DNA of 61,275 nucleotides, filler included, from Pirum gemmata (Eukaryota): NCBI GenBank assembly GCA_002812295.1. It is 13 parts of 13 records of this genome, joined end to end, with 100 filler letters (N's around TTAATTAATTAA, not from the genome) between each part and the next. Parts side by side here need not be neighbours in the genome. Positions count along the whole stretch, not along the records: positions 8,682 to 15,755 come from PDIN01001240.1; positions 15,856 to 20,182 come from PDIN01001241.1; positions 20,283 to 24,656 come from PDIN01001242.1; 10 more parts are not named here. One strand, 5' to 3'. Shown piece by piece: positions 12,743 to 23,276 of this stretch (position 1 is its first letter; each line of letters starts with the position of its first letter). The notes under the pieces were generated by a model. It saw only the letters and a program-made list of their open reading frames with translations, ran no database searches and was not told where the DNA came from. The position numbers and the translations under genes were made by a program.

Positions 12743-13801
12743 TTATTCTAGATTTCGAATTGTGAAATTAGTATATATTGCATTCAATGTTTTGTCAATA
12801 TTAACAGTCTCTATTTCTTGAATTAACCAATCATTTACTAACAATGACACAGCAGTTCCATATGTGCGGTAGTTATAATTAGCTCCAAAAATTGATTGAT
12901 AGTACGTAGGGTAACCCGATTCTGGATCTAGTAGTCTATAAAACTCGTATACTTTGTCACTAACTAATCGGAACATTCTAAAATCTCCGTCAATTATTTG
13001 ATTTTTAAACGAATGAGTCTCAAAATCAATGAGTCTTGCGCGGCCATCATCATCAACAACAAAATTAGCTAACTTAATATCTCTATGAATAATTCCATAA
13101 CTGTGCATACAATCAGTGGCCGCTTTCACATCATAGGCTAATTGTAGTTTTTGTTTCATAGTTACGTTGTTAGTTTTCAAATAATTATTAAGAGAACCGT
13201 TTTTATAAAAAGGAGTGTAATACTGTTTACGATTTTCGTTATCAAATCCTACTACTTCAATTATGTTTGGGCATTTTTTATTAAGAAAATACGCTATTTC
13301 ACCTTCCCGGTTGTTGTTCCCTTTTTCAATGTAAACTCCAGCAGAGGAAGTCTCTACTTTATAAACATCATGTGACCATTGGTCCGTTGCAGTGTGCAGA
13401 AGTTTTGTTCTGTTTGTAATATTATTCACATGAGGAAATTTCGGGAAGACCTCATCGTATAATTTAATTTTATTATAAAAATCAAGCTCAACTTTAAATG
13501 CACATTCTCGTAAATTCTGCTCAATGATATTAGCAAGTGCTTCGCATTTTGCCTCATCTTCCACCTTAGAACAGCTTGCAATAAATTCGGGAGTAATAAA
13601 AGACGCAACATTTATAAATTCGAAATCTAGTTTTTTGAATTTAATTAAACCCCCAGAACTACTACCGACGTAATCACCAGGACCTGGAACTTTTAATTTA
13701 AGTTCTGTAACATTAAAGGGCTCACAACTATTAGTAACATTTACAGCATAATATTTATAAAGCAGGAAAAGCAGTAAAATTATGCACGTGCATGATGTCA
13801 T
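12743..13801 (-). CDS. Atypical protein kinase with N-terminal signal peptide/anchor
   Basis: Intronless 352-aa ORF. VYKV..VYIEK, PNIIEVVG, NGSL, MHSYGIIHRDIKLANFVV catalytic loop and IDFE (DFG variant). No clear Gly-rich loop or APE motif. Confidence 0.85.
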   Translation of the reverse strand: MTSCTCIILLLFLLYKYYAVNVTNSCEPFNVTELKLKVPGPGDYVGSSSGGLIKFKKLDFEFINVASFITPEFIASCSKVEDEAKCEALANIIEQNLRECAFKVELDFYNKIKLYDEVFPKFPHVNNITNRTKLLHTATDQWSHDVYKVETSSAGVYIEKGNNNREGEIAYFLNKKCPNIIEVVGFDNENRKQYYTPFYKNGSLNNYLKTNNVTMKQKLQLAYDVKAATDCMHSYGIIHRDIKLANFVVDDDGRARLIDFETHSFKNQIIDGDFRMFRLVSDKVYEFYRLLDPESGYPTYYQSIFGANYNYRTYGTAVSLLVNDWLIQEIETVNIDKTLNAIYTNFTIRNLE

Positions 13802-13828
13802 CGGTTGGAGCAGGGGTAGGGGTAGGAG

Positions 13829-14755
13829 ATGAAAAAGTTTGGCCGATTAAACAGGCAACTGGGAATAAAGAAATTTTGGAAAACATTTTTGAAATTAATC
13901 AATACAAAATATTATAAAGATTTTTTTTTGTTGTTAATGAATACATTGAATATATTTTTGGGTTGTACGATTTTATTTATAATAATCATCATCACAACAA
14001 CGCTATCTTTTACCGTTCCAAGATCGAGAGGAGTTAAAAGAATAGAGAAATATGAAAGCAATAGCGAAATGTGTTTTGAATCAATAAATAAACTCGGAAT
14101 TAAAAAAGAAAGCTTAGATGAAGAAGATTGTAAAACAATTTGTTTAGCATCTAAAACGTCCAATAAATTATTGATAGTAGAAGGTAGTAGTAGTAATGAT
14201 GATTTATATATATTGGCCGAAGAAATAAACCCAAAAATAAAAATTTCATTTACTAACGAGAATAAAATAAACCATTTAGATTTAACGAAAGACAACTTTG
14301 AATTAGACCAAACGTACGACATGGTTATATTGTATGATGTTGATATAAGCAATAACAACTGGAATTTATTAGTTCCGTATATTAAAAATAAAGCGTTAAT
14401 TGTGATTATTAAAAATCCATTAAAGGTTATAAAACAAATCAAATCATTATATAATGATTATATAAGCCTGGAGGAAAAAATGAAAAATAAACGGTTATAT
14501 ACATTCGACCGGAACAATTACCGAGTTTTTAATAATATTTATAGAGACAATAATTGGAAACGTGACGAAGCGAGGTCAGGACCGGGATCGGATTTAATTC
14601 ATACGGAAGAAATCATAAAAGGATTAGATGCGTTTATTAAATACTACGGAATAAAATCAGTGTTAGACGTAGGATGTGGAGATTTGACGTGGATGAAAAA
14701 AACCTATCTTTTCCAAGAAGAAAATATCAAGTATACCGGTATCGATATAGCTTAG
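13829..14755 (+). CDS. Membrane-anchored class I SAM-dependent methyltransferase, probably 3'-truncated (likely start 13937)
   Basis: FNNIYRDNNW..RSGPGS..T, IKSVLDVGCGD (motif I) and YTGIDI (motif II), followed immediately by a stop. N-terminal TM segment IFLGCTILFIIIIITTTL. Confidence 0.75.
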   Translation: MKKFGRLNRQLGIKKFWKTFLKLINTKYYKDFFLLLMNTLNIFLGCTILFIIIIITTTLSFTVPRSRGVKRIEKYESNSEMCFESINKLGIKKESLDEEDCKTICLASKTSNKLLIVEGSSSNDDLYILAEEINPKIKISFTNENKINHLDLTKDNFELDQTYDMVILYDVDISNNNWNLLVPYIKNKALIVIIKNPLKVIKQIKSLYNDYISLEEKMKNKRLYTFDRNNYRVFNNIYRDNNWKRDEARSGPGSDLIHTEEIIKGLDAFIKYYGIKSVLDVGCGDLTWMKKTYLFQEENIKYTGIDIA

Positions 14756-14815
14756 TGGTATGGGTAGCGGACTAGCGGTACTCAAATGTGACAGATGCTT
14801 TTTTTTAGTAGACTA

Positions 14816-15014
14816 GGCTTGACTACTTCGACCAAGAACGAGCAAATTTCGACCGAGTAGCGGCCAACAAACCAAAATTTACGCATTTCCGTACCGCCGA
14901 CACCCTAGAGTAGTGTGAGACTTCCTATTTGGGGAACATAGCAAACTTGGTATTAACTTCAGCCGGCCATTTTGAAATTATTATTTGCTCGTTCTTGGTC
15001 GAAGTAGTCAAGTC
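14816..15014. mobile_element. TA-flanked MITE with a ~32-bp near-perfect TIR
   Basis: GGCTTGACTACTTCGACCAAGAACGAGCAAAT ... ATTTGCTCGTTCTTGGTCGAAGTAGTCAAGTC. Confidence 0.85.
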
Positions 15015-15031
15015 TAATCTACTACTGTCTA

Positions 15032-15064
<33 letters not shown>

Positions 15065-15081
15065 CATCACAAAAAAAATTA

Positions 15082-15287
15082 TCGTGTTTTTCCCAGGTGT
15101 TTTTCCATAGTGCTGAAATAAACGCACCAAATTATTAATATTATTATGGTCAAACTATCAGACATATTTTAATTAATTTGGTATTTTATACTTAATGTTG
15201 TATTTTATAAAAAAGTAAAAAGTTCAATTATTCACTTAAACAGTACCATTAAAGATTGAGAGAGGACAACTGAAATGAAATAAACGG
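15082..15287. mobile_element. MITE family B, reverse orientation
   Basis: Reverse complement of the B consensus, both ends present. Confidence 0.8.
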
Positions 15288-15414
15288 TATATAATTGAGA
15301 CTACATTTTTAGTTCTATTAACAATACTAGTATTGATGTTAATTTTTGGTTTATTATAATTAAATTGTGCCAATCTTTTGTTAGTCATTTTGAAATCTTT
15401 TGAGTTTAATCAAT

Positions 15415-15690
15415 AAGTGTTTCGTCACCCTGTTTTGACTTTAATTTTTAGTTTCCAGCCCAGACTCTGAGTGCAGTAATATTATAATATCATAATAATT
15501 ATAATGACAAGTGTTTTGTCACCCTGTTTTGACTTTAATAATTTTTAGTTTCCAGCCCAGACTCTGAGTGCAGTAATATTATAATATCATAATTAAAATG
15601 ACAAGTGTTTTGTCACCCTGTTTTGACTTTAATTTTTAGTTTCCAGCCCAGACTCTGAGTGCAGTAATATTATGATAACATAATTATAAT
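15415..15690. repeat. Tandem repeat, 3 x ~94 bp
   Basis: AAGTGTTT.GTCACCCTGTTTTGACTTTAAT..TTTCCAGCCCAGACTCTGAGTGCAGTAATATT x3. Confidence 0.9.
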
Positions 15691-16154
15691 GTCATTTTTT
15701 TATTTGTTTTTTTTTTAGCACCATTCCCAGATAAAACTGCAGAAATCATTTTTTANNNNNNNNNNNNNNNNNNNNNNNNNNNNNNNNNNNNNNNNNNNNT
15801 TAATTAATTAANNNNNNNNNNNNNNNNNNNNNNNNNNNNNNNNNNNNNNNNNNNNTGGTTTTGGTTTTGGTTTTGGTTTTGGTTTTGGTTTTTGTTTTGT
15901 TTTTGGTTTTGGTTTTTGGTTTGTTTTTGTTTTGAATTATGTTTTTTGAATTTTGTTTTTGAATTTTGAATATTTGAATATTTGAATATTTGAATATTTG
16001 AATATTTGAATATTTGAATTTTGAATTTTGAATTTTGAATTTTTGAATTTTTGAATTTTTAAAAAAAATTGAATTTTCCCTGTAGGTTTTATTTATTTAT
16101 TTGTTTATTTTTTATTAATTGTTATACATATATTGGTCTATTATTAATTTCCAG

Positions 16155-16364
16155 CAACCTGGTTATAGTGGCGCACCTCCACCTCAACAATATCAAACGG
16201 CTGGTGGAGAAACCGATCCTTTTGTTTTAGCCTCTCAAACAAAAGCACCACCACCACAACAACAACCACCACCAGCCCCTGCCCAAACCAAATCCCAATT
16301 CTGCACTAAGTGTGGGACTGCTGGTAGTGGGAAATATTGTGGAGAATGTGGGAATCCTATGTAA
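16155..16364 (+). CDS. Terminal exon of a Pro/Gln-rich protein with a C-terminal zinc ribbon
   Basis: Acceptor tttccag ends at 16154. Encodes QPGYSGAPPPQ...FCTKCG-x6-YCGECG then TAA. Confidence 0.7.
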   Translation, partial: QPGYSGAPPPQQYQTAGGETDPFVLASQTKAPPPQQQPPPAPAQTKSQFCTKCGTAGSGKYCGECGNPM

Positions 16365-16748
16365 ATAATCTAAAAAGTAAGACAAATACCGAAAATTTGA
16401 TTTTAAAAAAACAATTAAAAAAGTCAGATAAAAATTATTTAATTCTGCATGATCATACGAAATAAAAAGAAAACTTTTCTAGTTATTTTGAGCTTTTACT
16501 TTTTAACAATTATTGTAAATTATCCACACAGTCTCTTTCTTTAGTTTTTCTTGTATTCAAAGTTATTGGATTTGTTTGTTGTTGTGTTATAAATATTACA
16601 TCAACACCAAAATTTGGCTGAAATACAATTTTTGTTTTGTTCATTGATCTTTTTGTGTAACCTAATAACACGCTCTTGCTCATTTAGACAGAAAAGTTAA
16701 AATTCACTGACACTTAATTTTTGTAGTGATTATAAATTTTGTTAGTAA

Positions 16749-18445
16749 AGTTATTTTCAATGTATATGTAATGGTATTAGATTTAAAAAAGAAAATTTAA
16801 CTAATCCTAAAAGTAGTACTAATCAAAGTATTTATCAAAATTTTAGTACTAGTAATTTATTTAGTAAATATGTAAATCAACCTATTGGAGGAACATTTAA
16901 TAATAATGATTTTATCATTGAATTAAAATCTATTAACATATCATTTACGGATATTCATAAATGTATTAACATTACTTCTGGTAATGCCGTTACTGTAACT
17001 AGTACGAAATGTGTCACAACAACAGTAAGTAAAAGAAAAACTCATTTGATTTCTGATTCAATTATAGTTGAAATTGGTGCTAACACAAATTTTACACCTT
17101 TTGAATTATCAATAATTGATTCATTTTATTTACCACCACAATGTATTTTGGAATTACACAATTCAATTTCAGGAAAGAAAATCTATAACACTCAAAATCA
17201 AATTGAACCATACAACATGCTTTTTTTCACAAATATCCCTATTTTAAACACTAGTAGTACAGGTACTTCAATTAATCAACCTTTACAATATTATTATTGT
17301 AAAGTAAATAAAATTAAAATATCAAGAATTCCTTCAGTAGCTGTTTTAAACGTTGATGGTAATGGAAATATTTTTTTATCATCATCAACCTCAATATCAT
17401 CATCATCATCAACCTCAATATCATCATTATCCACGATTGTAGTAGCAAGATCTAAAAACAGAAGAGTCAATCTTCAAAAACCATATTATTCTTATGATAT
17501 TATAGTAAAAGATTTTGTAACTGAAAGTAGTGAAATAAATAACTTCAATAAATTCAAATGCATCAGTATTTTTACTTGTTATGACTATATTAGTTATAAT
17601 AATTTTATTTATAATATTTATTTTGGTAATTGTTTTTCGAAGAAAAAAAGAAAAATATGAAGATGACGATGATTTTTTAGAAGAAATAAAAAATGATAAT
17701 GGTGATGAAGATGTACTTAACTATTTGTAACAAACAATCAATTAAAAAAGTATGTAATAATTAAAACTATTATTTTCATATATTAAAAATGATTTATGGC
17801 AACGGCACTGGTAGTAGTGAGACCGGATTTTTTTTTTAAACCAAAAAGTAGAAAAAAGAATACCAACAAAAGAAATTTCATGCCTGATTTAAATTTTGAA
17901 ATACGAGAAGATGATTTACCATCTGTTCAAAAAGAGAAGAAAAAAAATAAAAGAAAATACAATAATAATTGGCAATTAAATCACATTGACATAATTACGA
18001 TTCATAATGAAATAACTAAATATAATATATTTGTGATTTTTCCAAAATATTTTTAGAAACTAAAACTAAAGAAAAAGATTTTTTACAAAAATTAATAAAA
18101 TTTCAAAACTACCTTTCACCTAATGGTAAAAGACAATTAATCAATATTCAAGAAAAATTGTTATCATTAATAGGAACTAAATATATTGAGTATTTGGAAA
18201 TTTACTTTTTATTTGATAGTGAAAGGATAATTAAAAATTATGAAGAATTATTAGTAATACCAATAAATATTGGGTTTTTTAAAACAGACTAGACTAAGTA
18301 AAATAGATACTGAAAAGACTACTAATAATAGCAATAGTGAAGAAAATACTAATAATTTTGATTTGGGTGACATTATTAATATATATCAAGAACAAGTAAA
18401 TACTAATTTACAAGAGAATGTAGCTAACTCAATATATATATATTA
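16749..18445 (+). pseudogene. Degenerate intronless coding region of unknown, possibly transposon-derived, origin
   Basis: Frame is open 16749-17660, longer than the ORF track shows. Protein-like reading continues across stops and frameshifts in homopolymer runs (YEDDDDFLEE, RNFMPDLNFEIRE, LIKFQNYLSPNGKRQL). Confidence 0.45.
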
Positions 18446-18847
18446 AATAAAATATATAAATAAATAATAACATGGGACTCTAGACTGACTCTAGTAGTAT
18501 GTACAAGCTGTGGTTCTGTCACTTCATTAGTGTTCAAGTTTTTTTTTTTTTTAGTACTTCCATTTCTTAAATTTTATTTCTATACATTAGTTATGTTAAA
18601 AGTAACGAAATTTATATGATAATATTTTAATATTATTATAAAATTTATATCACAGAGAAAAAAAATCTAGTTCGAATAATCACACATAAACGAGTTTAAA
18701 ATTGAAACAAAAATAAAATTAACCGAGTTGTACATACATTAAATAAAAATTAAAAATAATAAAAATAATAAAAAATAATTTAGTGTTAATTAAAATCAAA
18801 AAATAAGAAATTGCAAACAAAATGACTTAAGTAGCATTCAATATTTA

Positions 18848-18981
18848 TTAGTAGATTGCTTTGTGTACTGTTCTATCGTTTAGTACCAGTGGTTGGGTTG
18901 GTCAAAAATTAAAGCTTATTATAATTTTATAATTAAAAAATAAAAAGAACTTGTGCATCATTTTTCTTCATTCCATGAAGG
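18848..18981 (-). pseudogene. Decayed duplicate of the carbonic anhydrase 3' end
   Basis: Reads LNDRTVHKAIY* versus LNDRTVYMASY* in the adjacent gene. DNA is alignable with small insertions. Confidence 0.75.
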
Positions 18982-19157
18982 TTTTTTTATTCTTACATAA
19001 GGATAAATAAAATTGAGTTCGAAAAACCACATATGCACAAATAATAATAACAACAATAAAATTAATATCAATAATATAATTAATTAATAATATAGTTTGT
19101 ATATTATAATATTAATATTATAATTTTAATTCAAAAAATATCAATAAAATTTCATAT

Positions 19158-20024
19158 TTAGTAGCTTGCCATGTATACTGTTCTATCGTTTAGTGGTTGA
19201 ATTGGTCTAAAATTAAAACCAATTTTTTGTTGATCGTTTTTCATCATTGCATGCAAATTGTGAAGCAGTTGTGGTGGTGCTCTAAAGGGGGTATCTAACA
19301 CGATCCAATCCACAACTTCAGCACAAGGAGGCGTTGTCAAACTACCTTCATACTGAAAGTGCTGCCCAGTAGTAACCTTGTCGGAATTCACTAAACTCTT
19401 TATATCAAAAGCTACATCATAAGCTTCATCGTCTTTTCCCTTAGTTTGTTCAGTACTTTCAGTGAAAGATTCAAAAATATAAGTATCCTTATCTATTCTA
19501 CCAGCTGTTATCATTACTCCAAACACAGCCAAATCGCCTTGTTGGTTTGACTCTAACGCTTCAGATACGCTTCCAAAACTCACCTTATGGTGAACCAGAT
19601 GCATTTCTATCGGGAAACGTCTGCCGTCTATCTTGTGTTCGCTTCCTCTATTACCAAGTCCCCAATGTAAATGTACACTTGCCAATTTATAATCATCGTT
19701 TTTGTAGTGCATGGTATTTTTTGTTAGAGCTATACAATCAAAAGCTTTACCGTTGTTTTTACAATTGAATTTAGATTTGGCATCGTAACTGAAAAATGGA
19801 GGAACGAAAGAGTTCTCTTCAGTTCTGGGTTGGACTTCAAGGGTTCTAATATGAATAGGGGATTGACTGTTTCCGGCACACATTTCATTACCAACAATTT
19901 CTTGCCATTTTGATGGGTTGTAAGTGTCAAAGTTAAAATAGGAAAATTCCTGATCATCAGGTTTGTAGATGGGTTCTGGAGAGTATGCTACTCCCTTTCT
20001 TGAACCACAAAGTAAACAATTCAT
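19158..20024 (-). CDS. Alpha-carbonic anhydrase
   Basis: QSPIHI, VHLHWG (two Zn His), GSEH..DGRRFPIEMHLVH (third His), YEGSLTTPPC.E.V.W, NFRPIQPLNDR. Intronless. Confidence 0.95.
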   Translation of the reverse strand: MNCLLCGSRKGVAYSPEPIYKPDDQEFSYFNFDTYNPSKWQEIVGNEMCAGNSQSPIHIRTLEVQPRTEENSFVPPFFSYDAKSKFNCKNNGKAFDCIALTKNTMHYKNDDYKLASVHLHWGLGNRGSEHKIDGRRFPIEMHLVHHKVSFGSVSEALESNQQGDLAVFGVMITAGRIDKDTYIFESFTESTEQTKGKDDEAYDVAFDIKSLVNSDKVTTGQHFQYEGSLTTPPCAEVVDWIVLDTPFRAPPQLLHNLHAMMKNDQQKIGFNFRPIQPLNDRTVYMASY

Positions 20025-20401
20025 CTTTTTTTATTCTTTTTTTTTTCTTTTTTTAAAATTTACAATGTATTAAAAAATTGTAATTTTTATTGTTTTTGAT
20101 TTATCTGGGTTTACATTATTATAATTTATATATTTATTTTTTCTCTTATGACATAGACTACTGTTTGTTTGTTTGTTTGTTTNNNNNNNNNNNNNNNNNN
20201 NNNNNNNNNNNNNNNNNNNNNNNNNNTTAATTAATTAANNNNNNNNNNNNNNNNNNNNNNNNNNNNNNNNNNNNNNNNNNNNCCCCCAACATTAAAAAAC
20301 AAAACAAAACAAAAAATAAAACACAAAAATTGAAATTTTCTCTATAATATTATATATTATTTATAAATAAATAATCGATTGGTAATTACAGAGCTGCAAT
20401 T

Positions 20402-22156
20402 ATGTTCTACAATCAATTTATTAGCTTCACGCTACTACTGTCATGTTTCGCACCATCTGTAGTCACTGCTGTTGCTTTTGGTGACGAAGCTCGCACACTT
20501 AGATTTAAGCCAGAAATCTTACATGAGAATGGTGCTACTATTAAACTATTGAAAAGATTGAGAAAGCCGGTTTCCTCTGGTCATATTCGAAAATACAACC
20601 AATGTTGCGATGGTGTTGATTTTTCTGGACTGAACGCTGAATTGTTCAAAGACTTGGACATGAGTGATCTAAGTTTTGTTAACGCTCGTTTTGAGGGAGT
20701 AACTTTAGAAAATGTCAATTTTGCAGGTTCTAATTTGACTGGAGTATCGTTTGTAAATGCACAGTTGATTGGTAGTTACGATTTTAGTAACGCGATTTTG
20801 AAAAATGTTGATTTTGCAGAAACCGATTCCAAGGTCTCTATGGCTATGATGGAATCTATTATGCTTGGCGAAAAAGACGAAATAACTTTCATATTGAATA
20901 CAGCCTATGAACATGGTTTGGATTTAACTAAAGATTTAAATAATTTATTAGGAGGTATTATTTTACACGCCCAACGTGATTTACAAATTTCTAATGAACA
21001 GATAAACAAAGTTATTCAACACAAAATGATCGAATTCGATAAAATTAACAACGACAATAATGGAGTTCAATTACACAGAAGCAAAAGAACTTTAGATTAT
21101 CATGGCAAAAATGGTTGGTGGAATGGATTAACAAGTGGATTACGTCATGGTGCTAGTTTTGCATTAGTGATGGCAATTATTGGATTGGTAGTGTTTCTCA
21201 CCAATGTATTTGGGTTTTCTGCTCTAATTGTGAGTGCTTTTGCCTGGATCGGCACCGCGGCTATGGCTACTTCTACGTTTTTCCCGAGTTTTGGGGCAGT
21301 GGCTGGGTTAGCAGGTATCCACGCTGTTCCACATGTGGTTGTTTCTGGCGGAATGATGTGTGCTCATATTTCAACCATGACTTACAATTTAGCTCTTCAT
21401 CTAGGCGTTAGCATGGCTACTTCTATGTCAATAGAGATCGGGTCTCTTCCAGCTGTTGTTGGTGTTACCATTATTCCTGTTATGGGTTTGTTAGGTTTGG
21501 CAGTGGGTTCGTTGGTTGAGTTAATGGGCTATGCCGTCACTCGTTTATTACACAATCTTTTGTTTTTGTGTAAGTGGACTACGTTATGTACTTATGAAGC
21601 TCACCCCCAACGCGTTTGCCCTGGAAACCAGAAATTTGAATTAAATGTTAATGGTCGTTATTTAGAAATTACCAAACGCAACGAGCTAGAAACGTATGTG
21701 ACCAAAACCCAAGGGTTTTTTGGTCGCGTTTGGTACAGGTGCAATAATGTTGAAGACTATATTCCTACTAACTACGCCAACACTATTGTAGCTACTAGTG
21801 TAGTTTATGATGGCACTTATGCTCGTTTTCATATTGAAGAGGCAGAAATGAAAAGCACGATATGTTTAAATATTCCGTTAGTGAGTTTACAGATAGAAGT
21901 GAATGGTATTTGGGAACCTTTGATTCAAGATGAAATTTACAGATTTTCTGATGTGTCATTACAAAGTGGTACTCACGTAAAATGGAGTTGTGGTTTGATT
22001 GTTAGAAAGTTAGAAAGTGGATACAGCAATTCTAATGTAGATTTGACAGTGAAATGGAGAGACAATACTGTATATTGGAATATCAATGAACATAAAAATG
22101 AAGAAACAGTATTTCTAAATACAGCGCTAGCGGAACTTGGAATCGAAAATGAATAA
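20402..22156 (+). CDS. Secreted pentapeptide-repeat protein with an RSKR site, long hydrophobic Gly/Ala region and beta-rich C-terminus
   Basis: Intronless 584-aa ORF. Signal peptide; pentapeptide run (SDLSF VNARF EGVTL ENVNF AGSNL TGVSF VNAQL..FSNAI LKNVDF); RSKR at aa 226-229; hydrophobic aa ~250-390. Confidence 0.85.
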   Translation: MFYNQFISFTLLLSCFAPSVVTAVAFGDEARTLRFKPEILHENGATIKLLKRLRKPVSSGHIRKYNQCCDGVDFSGLNAELFKDLDMSDLSFVNARFEGVTLENVNFAGSNLTGVSFVNAQLIGSYDFSNAILKNVDFAETDSKVSMAMMESIMLGEKDEITFILNTAYEHGLDLTKDLNNLLGGIILHAQRDLQISNEQINKVIQHKMIEFDKINNDNNGVQLHRSKRTLDYHGKNGWWNGLTSGLRHGASFALVMAIIGLVVFLTNVFGFSALIVSAFAWIGTAAMATSTFFPSFGAVAGLAGIHAVPHVVVSGGMMCAHISTMTYNLALHLGVSMATSMSIEIGSLPAVVGVTIIPVMGLLGLAVGSLVELMGYAVTRLLHNLLFLCKWTTLCTYEAHPQRVCPGNQKFELNVNGRYLEITKRNELETYVTKTQGFFGRVWYRCNNVEDYIPTNYANTIVATSVVYDGTYARFHIEEAEMKSTICLNIPLVSLQIEVNGIWEPLIQDEIYRFSDVSLQSGTHVKWSCGLIVRKLESGYSNSNVDLTVKWRDNTVYWNINEHKNEETVFLNTALAELGIENE

Positions 22157-22264
22157 AAGAATGATATTAGATCGATATTATATTATACCAATAATAAATA
22201 TTAATAATAATAAATAACAATAAATAAAATAAAATAATAAATAAATAATAAATAATAAATAATG

Positions 22265-22304
<40 letters not shown>

Positions 22305-23027
22305 GTTATAACAATAGTAATAAATGATAATAATAATAATATTAAAACATAAACATAAAACCTTATATTTTAAACATAAACATAAACTGAAAGATAAACA
22401 AAATTTTAAAACCTAACCATAACATAATCATGATGATAACCATAACCGTAAACATAAACATAAACATAAGCATAAGCATAAGTATAAACAAAATCAACAT
22501 TTACATTAATATCAAAAGCAATATCAACATCAACATCTACAACATCAACATCACATAATAATAAGAATAAGAATAACTAACTATATTATACCTATCTATA
22601 TAATGATACTTTTAATGACATATGATAATTAATAATGGTTATGATATATAATTAATGGTAACATAGGGTTAGGTCTCATGATACCGGTATTATGGCGGAT
22701 GTCGCCATTTTTATTCGGCTTGGTCGAGAAGAGTGATTTTCATTTATTTATTATGTAAACGATGAGGTAATTTCTCGGGAGCATTTCCGAGCAAATCAAT
22801 ATCGATAATTTTTTTAAAAATTTAATATATGTGTCGTACAGATGAGCTAAAATCTCAAAAATCTCCAATTTTAATGTAAGTACTACCAAAATTTGAGAAA
22901 TTTCTAACCAATAAAACTCTATTTTGAACCAATAGCAAGTTTTAAAAAGTAATTTGGCTAGTTAACATTAAAGGTTTTTAGAAAAGAAGTCTAAAAAAAA
23001 TGATTTCTACATTTTTATCCTGCATGC

Positions 23028-23073
<46 letters not shown>

Positions 23074-23276
23074 GTTATAGTCTCGTTATCATCACTTTGT
23101 TATCTTTAGACCAGATATAATTTGAGTCAAGTCTTTTGCAGCTTTTGAATTATTAGACTAATATTTTAATAATATTATCAATATATCTGATATTATAATT
23201 ATGTATGATATAATAATATTATGATATCATGATACATGTATTATAATATGATACGATATATCAAAGACTACCGGTA

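Noticed and set aside
13912..14442. 176-aa minus-strand ORF
   Set aside because: Antisense shadow of the methyltransferase, with no motifs.
14734..14748. TACCGGTA/TATCGATA inside the methyltransferase as footprints
   Set aside because: They encode the conserved YTGIDI motif, so they were not counted.
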